Source: Actinomycetes bacterium (GTDB lineage Bacteria > Actinomycetota > CALGFH01). From it: a stretch of DNA of 64,000 nt. The notes below the pieces were generated by a model. The model ran no database searches. It was not told the origin of the DNA and saw nothing but the letters and a program-made list of their open reading frames with translations. Of the stretch, positions 53,538 through 63,379 are shown in pieces (positions within the stretch are counted from its first letter, which is position 1; each line of letters starts with the position of its first letter). The position numbers were made by a program, and so were the translations under genes. The DNA is taken from positions 27,614-91,613 of the forward strand of contig DATFRI010000095.1 in NCBI GenBank assembly GCA_035263405.1, written 5' to 3'.

Positions 53538-54860
53538 TCACTCCCGGGCCGGCCCGGCCCGGCGGGTCGTCGCCGCGGATCCGGCCGGTGCCGCCGGTGA
53601 CTCGCCCGCCTGGTCGGGGCCGCCGTCGGGCGCGGCCCGCGGCTCCGCGTCGCCGTCGGGGAGCCGGCTCCAGAGCAGCAGGTTGAGGGGGTAGATCAGG
53701 TAGCCGAGCCGGCCGGCCGGCGCCAGCAGGATCGCGGCGGCCAGCACGACGGCCCCCCGCCGCGCGGCCGCCTTCACGCTCCAGGGGCCCCGCCGCAGCA
53801 GCAGCGCGACCGCGATCGCGGCGACCACGCTCGCGAGCGCGGCGGCCAGGATGCCGCGCGCCTGCGGGAACGGCGCCGTGAGGAGCTGGCCGACGGTGGG
53901 GCCCCTGGCGATGGTCGGCGCCTCGGCCAGGCCGAGCGGGAACAGGACCACGCTGTCGGCCAGGGCGCGGGCGTCCCGGAGCGCGAACGGCGCCACGACC
54001 GGCACCACCACCGCCGCCGCCGCCGCGGCGAACCGGCCGGCCGCGCGCCGTCCGGTCCGGTCGCGCGCGGCGAGGGCGAGGAACGGCAGGGGCACCAGGG
54101 CGGTCTGCTTGATCGCGCCCGCCAGCCCGGCGACCAGGCCGGCGAGCACGGGCCGCCCGCGCCGCTCCAGCACCACCGCCAGCAGCAGCAGGGCGAGCAC
54201 GGCGACGTCGTCGCCGCCGCCGGTGAGATAGCGCGCCCCGGTGGGCAGGACCAGCAGGACGGTCAGTACCCGCAGGCGCTGCGCGCCGGACGCGCCGGAG
54301 CGCGCCAGCGCGAGCAGCGCCGCCGACACCGCCGCGAGCGCGAAGCCGACGCGGGCGTCGGTGGGCGGCCCGGGCCCGGCCAGCGCCCGCGGCAGGCCGA
54401 ACGCGAAGATGCCGGGCAGGTAGGGGATGTGCTGCCAGACCCCGGGCGGGTAGGTGCGCAGCACCCCGTACCCGTACGACCTGGCGTAGGGGTTGCCGCC
54501 GTCCAGCAGCACGCCCGCGCCCTGCTCGACCAGGAACACCTCGGACTGGATGTGGAACCGGTCGCCGTCGCGTGCCCGCCAGGCCACCTCCAGCGCCAGC
54601 GGGACCGCCAGCGCGCCCGCCAGGACCGCGAGCGCCACCGCCGTGCGCGCCACGAGGGGCGTCCGTGGCGGCCGCGCGCGCCAGCACGCCGCCAGCAGCA
54701 GAGCCGCCAGCGCGCCGGCCGCGTACGGGCCGACCGCCAGCCGACCCCACTGCCGTTGGAGGGGGATGTGGTCCCACCGGGCCGCGACGCCCGCGATCAG
54801 CGCCGAGGCGCCGTACAGCGCCGCGTCCCATCCCGCCGAGCGTGCGGCGTCAGCGCGCAC
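53538..54860 (-). CDS. polytopic membrane protein, glycosyltransferase family 87 / DUF2029-like (mannosyltransferase-like)
   Basis: 440 aa with about 10 TM segments and a composition typical of the GT87 family. The overlapping 53491-54831 ORF is Arg/Gly-rich and wrong-frame. Confidence 0.5.
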   Translation of the reverse strand: MRADAARSAGWDAALYGASALIAGVAARWDHIPLQRQWGRLAVGPYAAGALAALLLAACWRARPPRTPLVARTAVALAVLAGALAVPLALEVAWRARDGDRFHIQSEVFLVEQGAGVLLDGGNPYARSYGYGVLRTYPPGVWQHIPYLPGIFAFGLPRALAGPGPPTDARVGFALAAVSAALLALARSGASGAQRLRVLTVLLVLPTGARYLTGGGDDVAVLALLLLAVVLERRGRPVLAGLVAGLAGAIKQTALVPLPFLALAARDRTGRRAAGRFAAAAAAVVVPVVAPFALRDARALADSVVLFPLGLAEAPTIARGPTVGQLLTAPFPQARGILAAALASVVAAIAVALLLRRGPWSVKAAARRGAVVLAAAILLAPAGRLGYLIYPLNLLLWSRLPDGDAEPRAAPDGGPDQAGESPAAPAGSAATTRRAGPARE

Positions 54861-55148
54861 TCTGCGCGGGCACCTCGGCTCCGGGGACGTCGTCGTCGGC
54901 CGTCACGCCGGTCTGGCGGCACCGGTCGGTCCGGGCCGCGTACACCAGCCCTTCGTTGCTCGTGCGGTCGAGGTGGTCGCCCATGAGCGGACATCGGAGA
55001 TCGACGGGACGGGGGGTCATGCGCGCGTCGTCCGACCACGGGCCCGAGGTCCCCGGACCTGCTGGTCGAGAGGACATCGTAGTGGAGGTCGGGCCATTCG
55101 GGGGGACCGGGCCGGCGCGGCCGCCGCCCCGGTGGAGCCTGCCGGCGG

Positions 55149-56353
55149 CTAGGGGCGCAGCTCGGCGAGCCCGTCGAGCAGCCGGTCCACGTCGGTGCGG
55201 TCGTTGTAGTGGACCAGCCCCGCGCGCACGCGCCGCCGGCGTCGCGGATGCCGAGCGCGCCGGTCAGCTCCCACGCGTAGTTGTGGCCGTTCCAGACGTT
55301 CACCCCCCGGGCCGCGAGCTGCTCGGCGACGGCGCGGGGGGTCCGGCCGGCGACGGTGAAGTACGCGGTCGCGGTGCGCCGGGGCGCCCTCCCGAAGGTC
55401 CGCACGTGCTCCATCGCGTCCAGGCCGGCGAGGAGCTCGCCGAACAGCTCCTGCTCGTGGGCTTCGGCGGCGGTCGTCGAGGCGACCAGCCGCGCCCGCC
55501 GCGTGCCGCCGGCGCGGGGATCGAGCGCGGCGAGATGGTCCACCGCAGCGACCACGCCCGCGTAGTCGGCGAACGGCGGCGTGCCCAGCTCGAAGCGCTC
55601 GGGCACGGCGTCCGGGGAGGAGGCGAGCTTGTCCGGGTGCAGCCCGGAGAGCAGGCCCGGGTCCGCGGCGACCGCGCCGACGTGCGGGCCCGACCACTTG
55701 TAGGCGCTGGTCGCGAGGAAGTCCGCCCCGAGCGCCGCCAGGTCGACCGGCCCGTGCGCGGCCGCGTGGACGCCGTCGACGTAGGTGAGCGCGCCCGCGG
55801 CGTGCGCTCGCGCGGTGATCGCGGCCACGTCGGGCCGGGTCCCGAGGACGTTGCTCGCCGCGGTCACGGCGACCAGCCGGGCGCGGCCGGACAGCAGCGC
55901 GTCGTACTGGCCGGCGGGAAGCTCGCCCGTGGCGAGGTCGACCTCCGCCCAGCGGACCGTCGCGCCGGCCCGCGCCGCCGCCTGCACCCACGGCCGCACG
56001 TTCGCGTCGTGGTCGAGCCGGGAGACCACGACCTCGTCCCCGGGACCCCACGCCGCGGCGAGCGCGCCCGCCAGCCGGTAGGTGAGGGTGGTCATGTTGG
56101 GGCCGAGGACGACGCCGCCCGGGTCCCCGCCGACGAGGTCGGCGAACGCCCGGCGGCATTCGGCCACCAGGCGCCTGGAACGCTCGCTGCCGGGGAACGC
56201 GCCCCCGAGGTTGCCGATCCCCGCGCGCCAGGCGCCGGCGATCGCGTCCGCGACGGCGGCCGGCACCTGGGTGCCCGCCGCACCGTCGAGGTGGGCGTCC
56301 CCGTCGGCCAGGGCGGGGTAGGCCGCCCTGACCCGCGCGACGTCGAAGGCCAT
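55149..56353 (-). pseudogene. class-V aminotransferase-fold PLP-dependent cysteine-desulfurase/C-S lyase-like enzyme (EgtE-like), interrupted by an apparent 1-nt frameshift near 55230
   Basis: N-terminal 375 aa (MAFDVARVRAAYPAL...SAYKWSGPHVG...ELTGALGIRDAGG) are in the frame of track ORF 54797-56773. The conserved C-terminus VRAGLVHYNDRTDVDRLLDGLAELRP is in the frame of ORF 55149-56159. The junction lies between GGCGGC and GTG (55227-55235). Confidence 0.6.
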
Positions 56354-56363
56354 CGCCCGAACG

Positions 56364-57932
56364 CTAGCCGAAGAAGCCGCCACCGGCGAACAGGTCGCCG
56401 CCGGCTTCACCCGGCTCGCCCGCCTGGCCGCCCGAGCCGCCGTCCAGGATCCCGCCTGGGGACAGGCCGAGGCCGTTGTGGAACACGCTCGCCGCCGCCG
56501 GGTCGTGCCGCTCGCCGTCCGGCCCGGCGGCCGGGGCGGCGGGGGTGTTGTCGAACACGCTGGGCGCCGGCACCGCCCGGAGGGCGGCCGCGGCACCCGC
56601 GGCCCCGGCCGCCGCCGGCGCGCGGTCCTGCCGCGCCCGAGGCTCCGCGGCGGCCCGCGCGGCGAGGACCGTGGCCGGGGCAGGGCGGGGCGGCGCGGGC
56701 CGGGACGGGCCGGTCGGGGAGTCGCCGCCGTCGGGACGCTGCCACCTGCCGCCCGGGAATACCTTCCGGCCACTCGGCATGGTCAGCTCGGGCTCGTCGC
56801 CGGACGGTCCCGCCGCGGTCCCGGCTGCCGTAGCGCCCAGCGGCGGCGAGGCGGACGGGGGCGGCGCGGCGAGCGGCGCCGTGACCGGCCGCGAGGGCTC
56901 GTCGGGCTCGCGCGGGGCGTCGGGCGCGGCAGGCGCCGCCGGCAGGCGGATGCGCAGGACGGCGGCCGGGGCCGGCGGCGAGGGCATGCCGGAGGCGCCG
57001 GTGAACTTCCGCTGGCCCGGCCAGGCAGGGAGGGTCGCCGTCATGATCCGCGCCGGTCCCTGGCGGCCGTGGAGCGGGGCGTCCGGCGCGCTCGCCTTGA
57101 GCTGGCGCGCCGCTGCGGCGGCCGCCGGCCGCCGGGTGCCGGTCGTGCCCTTCTCAGCGGTGTCTCCCTCAGCGGTGTCTCCGGTCGTGCGGCCTTCGGC
57201 AGGATCGCGGTTCCTGTCACCCTCGGCGGGGTCGCCGGGCGCGGCCGCGCCGCCGCCCGTACGCTCGCGGGAGGGCGGCGGTACCCGGTGACGCTCCCGG
57301 TCGCCCGCCCGGTGACGCTCCCGCCGGTGCGCCGCCCGGTCGCCCGCCCGGTGACGCTCCCGGTCGCCCTCCGGGCCGCCGCCGGCGTCGGCGTCACCCT
57401 CTTCGAGCGGCTCCGCGAGCGCGACCCGCCGCCGCCAGGGGTCCCCCGCCTTTCCCACCTCCGGGACGTTCTCGGGGTTCCGTTGCGCGGGGAGCCAGGG
57501 GAGGCTGGCATCCGCGGCAGCCGCCAGCCCGCCGGCGGCCAGCAGCGGCGGGTCCCCGACCTCGGGCGGCGGGGACCCGCCGAGCCTGACGAGCAGGTCG
57601 CGCGCCTCCGCCATGCGGTCCTGGAGCTGCTGGACCGCGTCGGGATCGACCCGCCCCGCCGAAGGGTCGAGGACCAGCCCGCCGGCGCCCGCCACGCACT
57701 GGCCGACCAGGGCGGCGACCAGCAGCACGCTCGCCAGCAGCAGCAGCGCGGTCGTCGTGCGGACCATCCACCGCAGCGGCGTCCGGCGAGCCGTCGTGGC
57801 CGACGGGTCCGGCGGCGGCTCGCTGCCGGGCTCCGCGGGCACCGCGGCGAGGCTCCCCGCCTGCTCGGGCACGCCGTCACCGGGGTCGTCCTCGACCCCG
57901 GAAGCCTCGCGGAATGACTCGATCGTGTGCAC
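56364..57932 (-). CDS. secreted or signal-anchored Pro/Ala-rich repetitive protein with C-terminal GGGFFG tail (paralog of 43672-45378)
   Basis: GTG 57932, or more likely ATG 57767, giving signal peptide MVRTTTALLLLASVLLVAALVGQC. HRRERHRAGDRERHR repeats (DNA repeats 57280-57370). The stop is 11 nt upstream of the egtE-like start. An AT-richer promoter-like region lies at 57935-58010. Confidence 0.4.
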   Translation of the reverse strand: MHTIESFREASGVEDDPGDGVPEQAGSLAAVPAEPGSEPPPDPSATTARRTPLRWMVRTTTALLLLASVLLVAALVGQCVAGAGGLVLDPSAGRVDPDAVQQLQDRMAEARDLLVRLGGSPPPEVGDPPLLAAGGLAAAADASLPWLPAQRNPENVPEVGKAGDPWRRRVALAEPLEEGDADAGGGPEGDRERHRAGDRAAHRRERHRAGDRERHRVPPPSRERTGGGAAAPGDPAEGDRNRDPAEGRTTGDTAEGDTAEKGTTGTRRPAAAAAARQLKASAPDAPLHGRQGPARIMTATLPAWPGQRKFTGASGMPSPPAPAAVLRIRLPAAPAAPDAPREPDEPSRPVTAPLAAPPPSASPPLGATAAGTAAGPSGDEPELTMPSGRKVFPGGRWQRPDGGDSPTGPSRPAPPRPAPATVLAARAAAEPRARQDRAPAAAGAAGAAAALRAVPAPSVFDNTPAAPAAGPDGERHDPAAASVFHNGLGLSPGGILDGGSGGQAGEPGEAGGDLFAGGGFFG

Positions 57933-58054
57933 AGGTGCTCAGAGAGAGGACGAAATCGTATCAGCCGACAAACAAGACAAAGTGAGTCTAGTTCGACGGC
58001 GGCATGCACCTGGTCACGGATGGGCAACGAGTCGGGAACGATCGCGGGCCGCGC

Positions 58055-58483
58055 CTACAGGCCCTGCTGCAGCAGGTGGACGAACTGCTGGTTGTTGAGC
58101 GCGCCGGGTCGCCGCGACCGGACGGTGTCGATCGCCTCACGGGGGACCACGCCGTCGCGGATCAGGCTCGCCGCGGCCAGCAGTCCCGACCGGTTCATGC
58201 CGCCCGCGCAGTGGACCAGCACCTGCTTGCCGGCGCGGCGCAGGTCGCGGACGAGATCGGCGAGCGCGGCCAGCAGCGCGCGGTCGGGCGCGGGGCCGTC
58301 CTCGATCGGCCAGAGCACGTAGACGGCGACGCCATCCAGCGGCGGCGTACCGGTGTCCAGATCGATCACGGCGTCCCAGTGCCGCTCCGGCCGGGGGTGG
58401 CCGGACTGCCACAACCCCGGGATGATCTCGGTGGCCGGCCACGGCGGGGTCAGGTCGTCGTCGGTGAGCTGCGGATCCGTCAC
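58055..58483 (-). CDS. dual-specificity / tyrosine protein phosphatase
   Basis: CX5R P-loop VHCAGGMNRSG; 142 aa. Confidence 0.7.
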   Translation of the reverse strand: MTDPQLTDDDLTPPWPATEIIPGLWQSGHPRPERHWDAVIDLDTGTPPLDGVAVYVLWPIEDGPAPDRALLAALADLVRDLRRAGKQVLVHCAGGMNRSGLLAAASLIRDGVVPREAIDTVRSRRPGALNNQQFVHLLQQGL

Positions 58484-58681
58484 GTGGACCTCCCGGAGCT
58501 GGCGGGTTCATCCGGTCGACTCGTCCGGTTCGAGCGTACCCGCACCGCCCGCCCCGGCAACCCTGTGCCGCCGGCCGCCCCGCGCGAGGGCGCGGGCCGG
58601 CACGGGCCGCGAGGTGGCGGCGCGATCCCGGGCGGCCGAGGTCGTACCGCCGCTGGCCCTGGACCGGGACCTGCGCCGGCC

Positions 58682-59311
58682 TCAGGCGGGTTGCAGCAGC
58701 GGCATCAGCACGCCGTCGACCACCGACACGACGAAGGCGTCGGGGACCGGGGCGCCGTCGGCGAGGAACCGCTGGACCACCATGGCCGGTCCGACCTCCG
58801 CGACGAGCGGGTTGACCGCCTCGGGCCGCACCTCCCCCCGCTCCACCCCGCGCTCCAGCACCGCGAGGAACATACGCTTGCGCGGCAGCAGGACCCGCTC
58901 GTGGAGCAGGCGGGCGAAGGGATGGTCCTTGTCGATCTCCGCCATGAGGCTCTGCAGGGCGCAGCCGGTCGGGGAGTTGATCATCGCGGTCATCCGCCGC
59001 AGCAGGTCCAGGACGTCCTCGCGCACGCTGCCGTGGTCGGGCAGGTCGGTGCGGGACGGCAGCGCGTGGTCGAGGGCCTCGACGACGAGGTCCTCCTTGC
59101 AGGGCCAGCGCCGGTAGAGGGCCGCCTTGCCGGTGCGCGCGCCGGCGGCGACCCCCTCCATCGTCAGCCCGGCGTAGCCGACCGTCCGGAGCTGGTCGAG
59201 GACGGCCTCGCAGATGGCCCGCTTGAGGGCCTCCCCGCGGCGCCGGGTCGTGGCCGGGATGGCGGGAAGGCCGGGCTGCGCCGTGGCGGCAGGGTCCGCG
59301 GGAGGAACCAT
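58682..59311 (-). CDS. TetR-family transcriptional regulator
   Basis: N-terminal HTH (RAICEAVLDQLRTVGYAGLTMEGVAAGARTGKAALYRRW) and TetR_C-like helical domain. Confidence 0.8.
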   Translation of the reverse strand: MVPPADPAATAQPGLPAIPATTRRRGEALKRAICEAVLDQLRTVGYAGLTMEGVAAGARTGKAALYRRWPCKEDLVVEALDHALPSRTDLPDHGSVREDVLDLLRRMTAMINSPTGCALQSLMAEIDKDHPFARLLHERVLLPRKRMFLAVLERGVERGEVRPEAVNPLVAEVGPAMVVQRFLADGAPVPDAFVVSVVDGVLMPLLQPA

Positions 59312-59334
59312 CGGTGGACCTCCCCTGTCAGCGT

Positions 59335-59356
59335 TAGGGAACGCTTGCGTTCCCTA
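59335..59356. promoter_or_regulatory. perfect 22-bp palindrome TAGGGAACGC-TT-GCGTTCCCTA: probable TetR operator in the tetR/MFS divergent promoter
   Basis: Self-complementary 10-bp arms read directly; 24 nt from the tetR start and 76 nt from the MFS start. Confidence 0.6.
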
Positions 59357-59431
59357 CATCGGCTCGGTACCGTGGGCCGATAGTGAACGAGATCGTACAC
59401 TAGCCCCCTACCTGAAGGGTGGAACCATCTC

Positions 59432-61009
59432 ATGACGGTCACGCAGGAGGTGCGGCCGCGGCGAGCCCCGGGTGCGGCGGCGCGCGGCCACCACCCCGGC
59501 ATGGCGCTGGCGGTGATCGCGGCGTCGCAGCTCATGGTCGTGCTGGACGCCACGATCGTGAACATCGCCCTGCCGCACATCCAGGGAGCCCTGCACTTCT
59601 CCACCACCAGCCTGTCGTGGGTGCTCAACGCGTACACGCTCACGTTCGGCGGCCTGCTGCTGCTGGGCGGCCGCGCCGGCGACATCCTCGGCCGGCGCCG
59701 CGTCTTCGTCTTCGGGCTGCTGCTGTTCAGCTTCGCCTCGCTGCTGGGCGGCATGGCCACGTCGTCGGGCTGGCTGCTCGCGGCGCGCGCCCTGCAGGGC
59801 GTCGGCGCCGCGATCGCCGCGCCCACGGCGCTGGCGCTGATCACCACCAACTTCGCCGAAGGACCCGCGCGCAACCGGGCGTTCGGCGTGTTCGCCGCGG
59901 TCGCCGGCTCCGGCGCGGCGATCGGCCTGCTCGCAGGCGGCATGCTGACGTCCTGGCTGTCGTGGCGGTGGGTGCTGTTCGTCAACGTGCCGATCGGCAT
60001 CCTGCTCGCCACCGCCGCGCCGCTGTACCTCAGCGAGTCCGAGCGCCAGCCGGGCCGCTTCGACCTCGGCGGGGCGCTGACCTCCACGGCCGGGATGGCC
60101 GCGCTGGTGTACGGCTTCATCCGCGCCGCCCAGGACGGCTGGAGCGACACGCTGACGCTGACCTCCTTCGCCGCCGCCGCCGTCCTGCTCGCCACCTTCA
60201 TCGCCGTCGAGACCAGGACCCGGCAGCCGATCACCCCGCTGCACATGTTCGCCGACCGCAACCGGGCGGGCGCCTACGTCATCATGCTGACGCTCGCCGC
60301 CGCGCTGTTCGGCATGTTCTTCTTCCTCACCCTGTTCGTGCAGGACGTGCTCGGCTACAGCCCGCTGCGCGCCGGCTTCGCGTTCCTGCCCGTGAGCGCG
60401 GCGATCATCGTGAGCGCGCAGCTCACCTCGCGCCGGCTGGCCCAGGTCGGGCCCAAGCGCTTCATGGTGACCGGGGCGGCCCTGGCGGTCCTCGGCCTGT
60501 CGTGGCTGACGCAGATCGGCGTGGACAGCAACTACCTCGAGGGGATCCTCGGCCCGATGCTGCTGTTCGGCGTCGGCATGGGCCTGCTGTTCGTGCCGCT
60601 GACGATGGTCGCGGTCGCGGGCGTGGTGCCCCACGAGAGCGGCGCCGCCTCCAGCCTGCTGAACGTCATGCAGCAGGTCGGCGGCTCGCTCGGCCTGTCG
60701 ATCCTGGTCACCGTGTTCGGCACGGCGAGCAGGCACGCGGCCGGGGACCAGGTCGCGGACTTCATGGCCAACGCCACGCCGGAGCTCCGCGCGGCGTTCC
60801 AGCAGAGCGGCCAGCTGCCGCCGCCCTGGGCCGAGCGCATCCTCGCCCACGGCATCTCGACCTCGTTCCAGGCCGCGGTCGTCTTCGCGCTGATCGCGCT
60901 GGTGGCCTGCGTGGCCGTCGTCCGCGGCGGCACGGGGCAGCAGCCCGGGCCGGCAACCGAGGAGGCCGGCAGGGAGGGCGCCGGCGTCCCGAGGGTCGGC
61001 GCCTCCTGA
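59432..61009 (+). CDS. MFS transporter, DHA2 (14-TM EmrB/QacA-type drug:H+ antiporter)
   Basis: 525 aa; motifs GGRAGDILGRRRVF (motif A) and LQGVGAAIAAP (motif C); 14 hydrophobic segments. Confidence 0.85.
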   Translation: MTVTQEVRPRRAPGAAARGHHPGMALAVIAASQLMVVLDATIVNIALPHIQGALHFSTTSLSWVLNAYTLTFGGLLLLGGRAGDILGRRRVFVFGLLLFSFASLLGGMATSSGWLLAARALQGVGAAIAAPTALALITTNFAEGPARNRAFGVFAAVAGSGAAIGLLAGGMLTSWLSWRWVLFVNVPIGILLATAAPLYLSESERQPGRFDLGGALTSTAGMAALVYGFIRAAQDGWSDTLTLTSFAAAAVLLATFIAVETRTRQPITPLHMFADRNRAGAYVIMLTLAAALFGMFFFLTLFVQDVLGYSPLRAGFAFLPVSAAIIVSAQLTSRRLAQVGPKRFMVTGAALAVLGLSWLTQIGVDSNYLEGILGPMLLFGVGMGLLFVPLTMVAVAGVVPHESGAASSLLNVMQQVGGSLGLSILVTVFGTASRHAAGDQVADFMANATPELRAAFQQSGQLPPPWAERILAHGISTSFQAAVVFALIALVACVAVVRGGTGQQPGPATEEAGREGAGVPRVGAS

Positions 61010-61121
61010 CAGGCGCGTACGGAGGCGGGGACGCCGCCGCGCCGCGCCCGCTGCGCCGCCGGATCCTGCGTCGAGGGCTCGGCGCGCGGCGCGGCGGGGG
61101 TCGGGCGCGGCACGGCGGCGG

Positions 61122-61991
61122 TCAGGGGGTCGGCCGAGCACCGGGACGCCGCCGGGCGAGCCCGAGCAGCAACACCCCGGCCGCCAGCAGCAGGCCGAGC
61201 CCGGCCACGCGTCCGCGTGGCCGGGCCTCCGGGGCGGGAGCGGTGCCGCCCCCGCCGGTCGCCAGGCCTCCCGACGGCATCCGGGACACGCCCATGGCGT
61301 CCTGGATCTCGACCACCTCGCGCGGGCTGCCGGCGCCGCCGACCAGCGCCAGCGTGGTCACCGCCCCCGCGCGGGCGGTGAGGCCGCCGCGGGCGAGGAC
61401 CGCGCCGCCGGGCCGCCGGGCGACCACGCGGTAGCGGCCGGCCGGGACGTGCGCGTAGCCGCTCGGTGCGGCGAAGGCCGCCCGGGCGAACCGGGCCCGG
61501 GTGCCGGCGACGGCGACCTGGACCGGCCCGAGGCCGTCGGCGACGTTCAGCACGCGCACCCGCGCCGCGCCGGACGCGGCCCCGGTGGCGTGGTCGGGCA
61601 GGATCACCGCCCGCAGGCTCCCGCGCCGCCCCACCGAGGCGGCGGTGTAGACCCCGCCGGGCGCGAGCCGGCTCGTGGTGCTGACCAGCGGCGCCGAGGT
61701 GGTCGGCGCCCCGGCGGAGCGGACCTCGTAGGTGAAGCGCCCCGCCGGCAGGCGCACGTACCCGGAGACGTCCCGGTAGAAGACGTTGGGCATGAGCCGG
61801 GTGCGGTCCAGGCTGACCGCGTACACGTCCACGTAGGACAGGTCCGGCACGAAGTGGGCGATACGCACCAGGGCCGTCGCGGGCTCGGCGGCGGTCGCGG
61901 GGACGGGCGCCGCGACCATCGTGAGCAGGACGGGTAGGGCGAGGCCGGCAAGGCCTCGACGGACCACCGTCAGTCGGTCGCGCACCCGCAT
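61122..61991 (-). CDS. secreted DUF4397-domain protein with C-terminal TM anchor
   Basis: Signal peptide MRVRDRLTVVRRGLAGLALPVLLTMVAAPVPATAAEP; VRIAHFVPDLSYVDVYAV is the DUF4397 hallmark; C-terminal hydrophobic segment plus RRRPGARPTP tail. Confidence 0.6.
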   Translation of the reverse strand: MRVRDRLTVVRRGLAGLALPVLLTMVAAPVPATAAEPATALVRIAHFVPDLSYVDVYAVSLDRTRLMPNVFYRDVSGYVRLPAGRFTYEVRSAGAPTTSAPLVSTTSRLAPGGVYTAASVGRRGSLRAVILPDHATGAASGAARVRVLNVADGLGPVQVAVAGTRARFARAAFAAPSGYAHVPAGRYRVVARRPGGAVLARGGLTARAGAVTTLALVGGAGSPREVVEIQDAMGVSRMPSGGLATGGGGTAPAPEARPRGRVAGLGLLLAAGVLLLGLARRRPGARPTP

Positions 61992-62154
61992 CGCATCCCC
62001 CTTCAGGACTCGCGCTCGTCTGCCCCTGGATTCGTGCGCGGTCGCCGCCCGGTTTGGTCGCCGCGCCCGATCCGGCGGATCCCCCCGCCGACCGAACCGC
62101 GCGGGCCGCGGCCACGAACTCCGGTCGAGAGCACCACGACCGGTGGAGAACCCG

Positions 62155-63285
62155 ATGCCCGAGGCGACCAGCAGCGCGGACCGGACCTCGACCTGGCGTG
62201 GCCGTGCCCTCGGCGCCGCGCTGGCCGCGCTGCTCGCGGCCGGGCTGCTCGGGACGGCCCCGCCGGCGGCGGCCGAGCCGGCCGCCGACCTGGAGGCCAG
62301 GGCGCGCGCCACCGGCGCACGGCTCGACGCGCAGCACCAGCGCCTGGAGATCCTGGCCGAGCGGGTGAACGAGGCCACCGCGGACGGGACCGCGCTGCTG
62401 GCCAGGATCGCCGAGCTGGACCGGCGCCGCCGGCGGGTCGCCCGCGAGCAGGCGGCGGCGCAGGCGGCGCTGACCGCGCACGCCCACGGCGTCCCCGCGA
62501 CCGGTGAGCCCGGCCGGTGGGCGTCGTGGTCGCTGCTGACGATGGCGAACCCGGTCGAGCTGGCCGACCGGCTGCCCCGGGCCATGGCGGAGCTGCAGGA
62601 CGACCAGGCGCAGGTCACGCGGATGCGGGCGGCAACCGCCGAGCTGGAGCGACTCAACCGGGTCACCGCCGCCCGCGTGGTCGACCAGGCCCGGGTGGCC
62701 GAGCGGCTGCACCGCGAGCGCGGCGAGGCGGAGGCGCTCGCGGCCCGCCTCCAGGCCGAGATGGACGCCCTCGACGACCGCATCGCCGCCGCGATCGACC
62801 GGCAGAACGAGCGCGAGGAGGCCGCCCGGCGCGCCGCGTTCGACCGCGCCGCGGCCGCGGCGGGCGGGGCCGGATCGGCGGCCGGCGGCCCCTCGGCGGC
62901 CGCCCGGCGCGCCGTCCGGGTCGCGCTGGCGCAGCTCGGCGACCCGTACCTGTGGGGGGCCGAAGGTCCCGGGCGGTTCGACTGCTCCGGGCTGACCAGC
63001 TTCGCCTACGCGGCCGCCGGCGTGGCCATCCCGCGGACGTCCCGCGCCCAGTTCGCCGCGTACGCGCCGACCGCCCGCGTCCCGCTGCGCGACCTGCGCC
63101 CCGGCGACCTGGTCTTCTTCGCCACCGACCCGGCCGTGCCGAGCACGATCCACCACGTGGGCATGTACGTCGGCCGCGGCCTGATGGTCGAGGCGCCGCA
63201 CACCGGCGCGACCGTGCGCACCGCGTCGGTCATGCGGCGGGACTTCGCCGGCGCGGTCCGCCCCACCTCCGTGCGGGGCCGCTGA
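62155..63285 (+). CDS. secreted NlpC/P60-family peptidoglycan endopeptidase with N-terminal coiled-coil (RipA-like)
   Basis: Signal peptide; long coiled-coil region; C-terminal NlpC/P60 domain (DCSGLTSFAYAAAGVAIPRTSRAQ...GDLVFF...HHVGMYVG, Cys-His catalytic residues). Confidence 0.75.
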   Translation: MPEATSSADRTSTWRGRALGAALAALLAAGLLGTAPPAAAEPAADLEARARATGARLDAQHQRLEILAERVNEATADGTALLARIAELDRRRRRVAREQAAAQAALTAHAHGVPATGEPGRWASWSLLTMANPVELADRLPRAMAELQDDQAQVTRMRAATAELERLNRVTAARVVDQARVAERLHRERGEAEALAARLQAEMDALDDRIAAAIDRQNEREEAARRAAFDRAAAAAGGAGSAAGGPSAAARRAVRVALAQLGDPYLWGAEGPGRFDCSGLTSFAYAAAGVAIPRTSRAQFAAYAPTARVPLRDLRPGDLVFFATDPAVPSTIHHVGMYVGRGLMVEAPHTGATVRTASVMRRDFAGAVRPTSVRGR

Positions 63286-63379
63286 GCCCGAGGGTCGCGC
63301 AGGATCTCGCCGCGCGAGCACGCGGACCCGTCCTCACGCGCGCTGCTGCGCCGCCGGCGAGGAACCCCCGGATCCGGCC

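Noticed and set aside
54850-55077. 75-aa minus-strand ORF between the GT87-like gene and the egtE-like gene
   Set aside because: No RBS or motif support, overlaps the start of the membrane-protein gene, and lies in the region traversed by the frameshifted egtE-like reading frame. Too weak to call.
61122-61991. GLATGG near the C-terminus of the DUF4397 protein as a sortase (LPXTG/LAXTG) sorting signal
   Set aside because: The residues do not fit L-[PA]-X-T-G (Thr is at position 3, not 4); only a generic C-terminal TM plus basic tail is supported.
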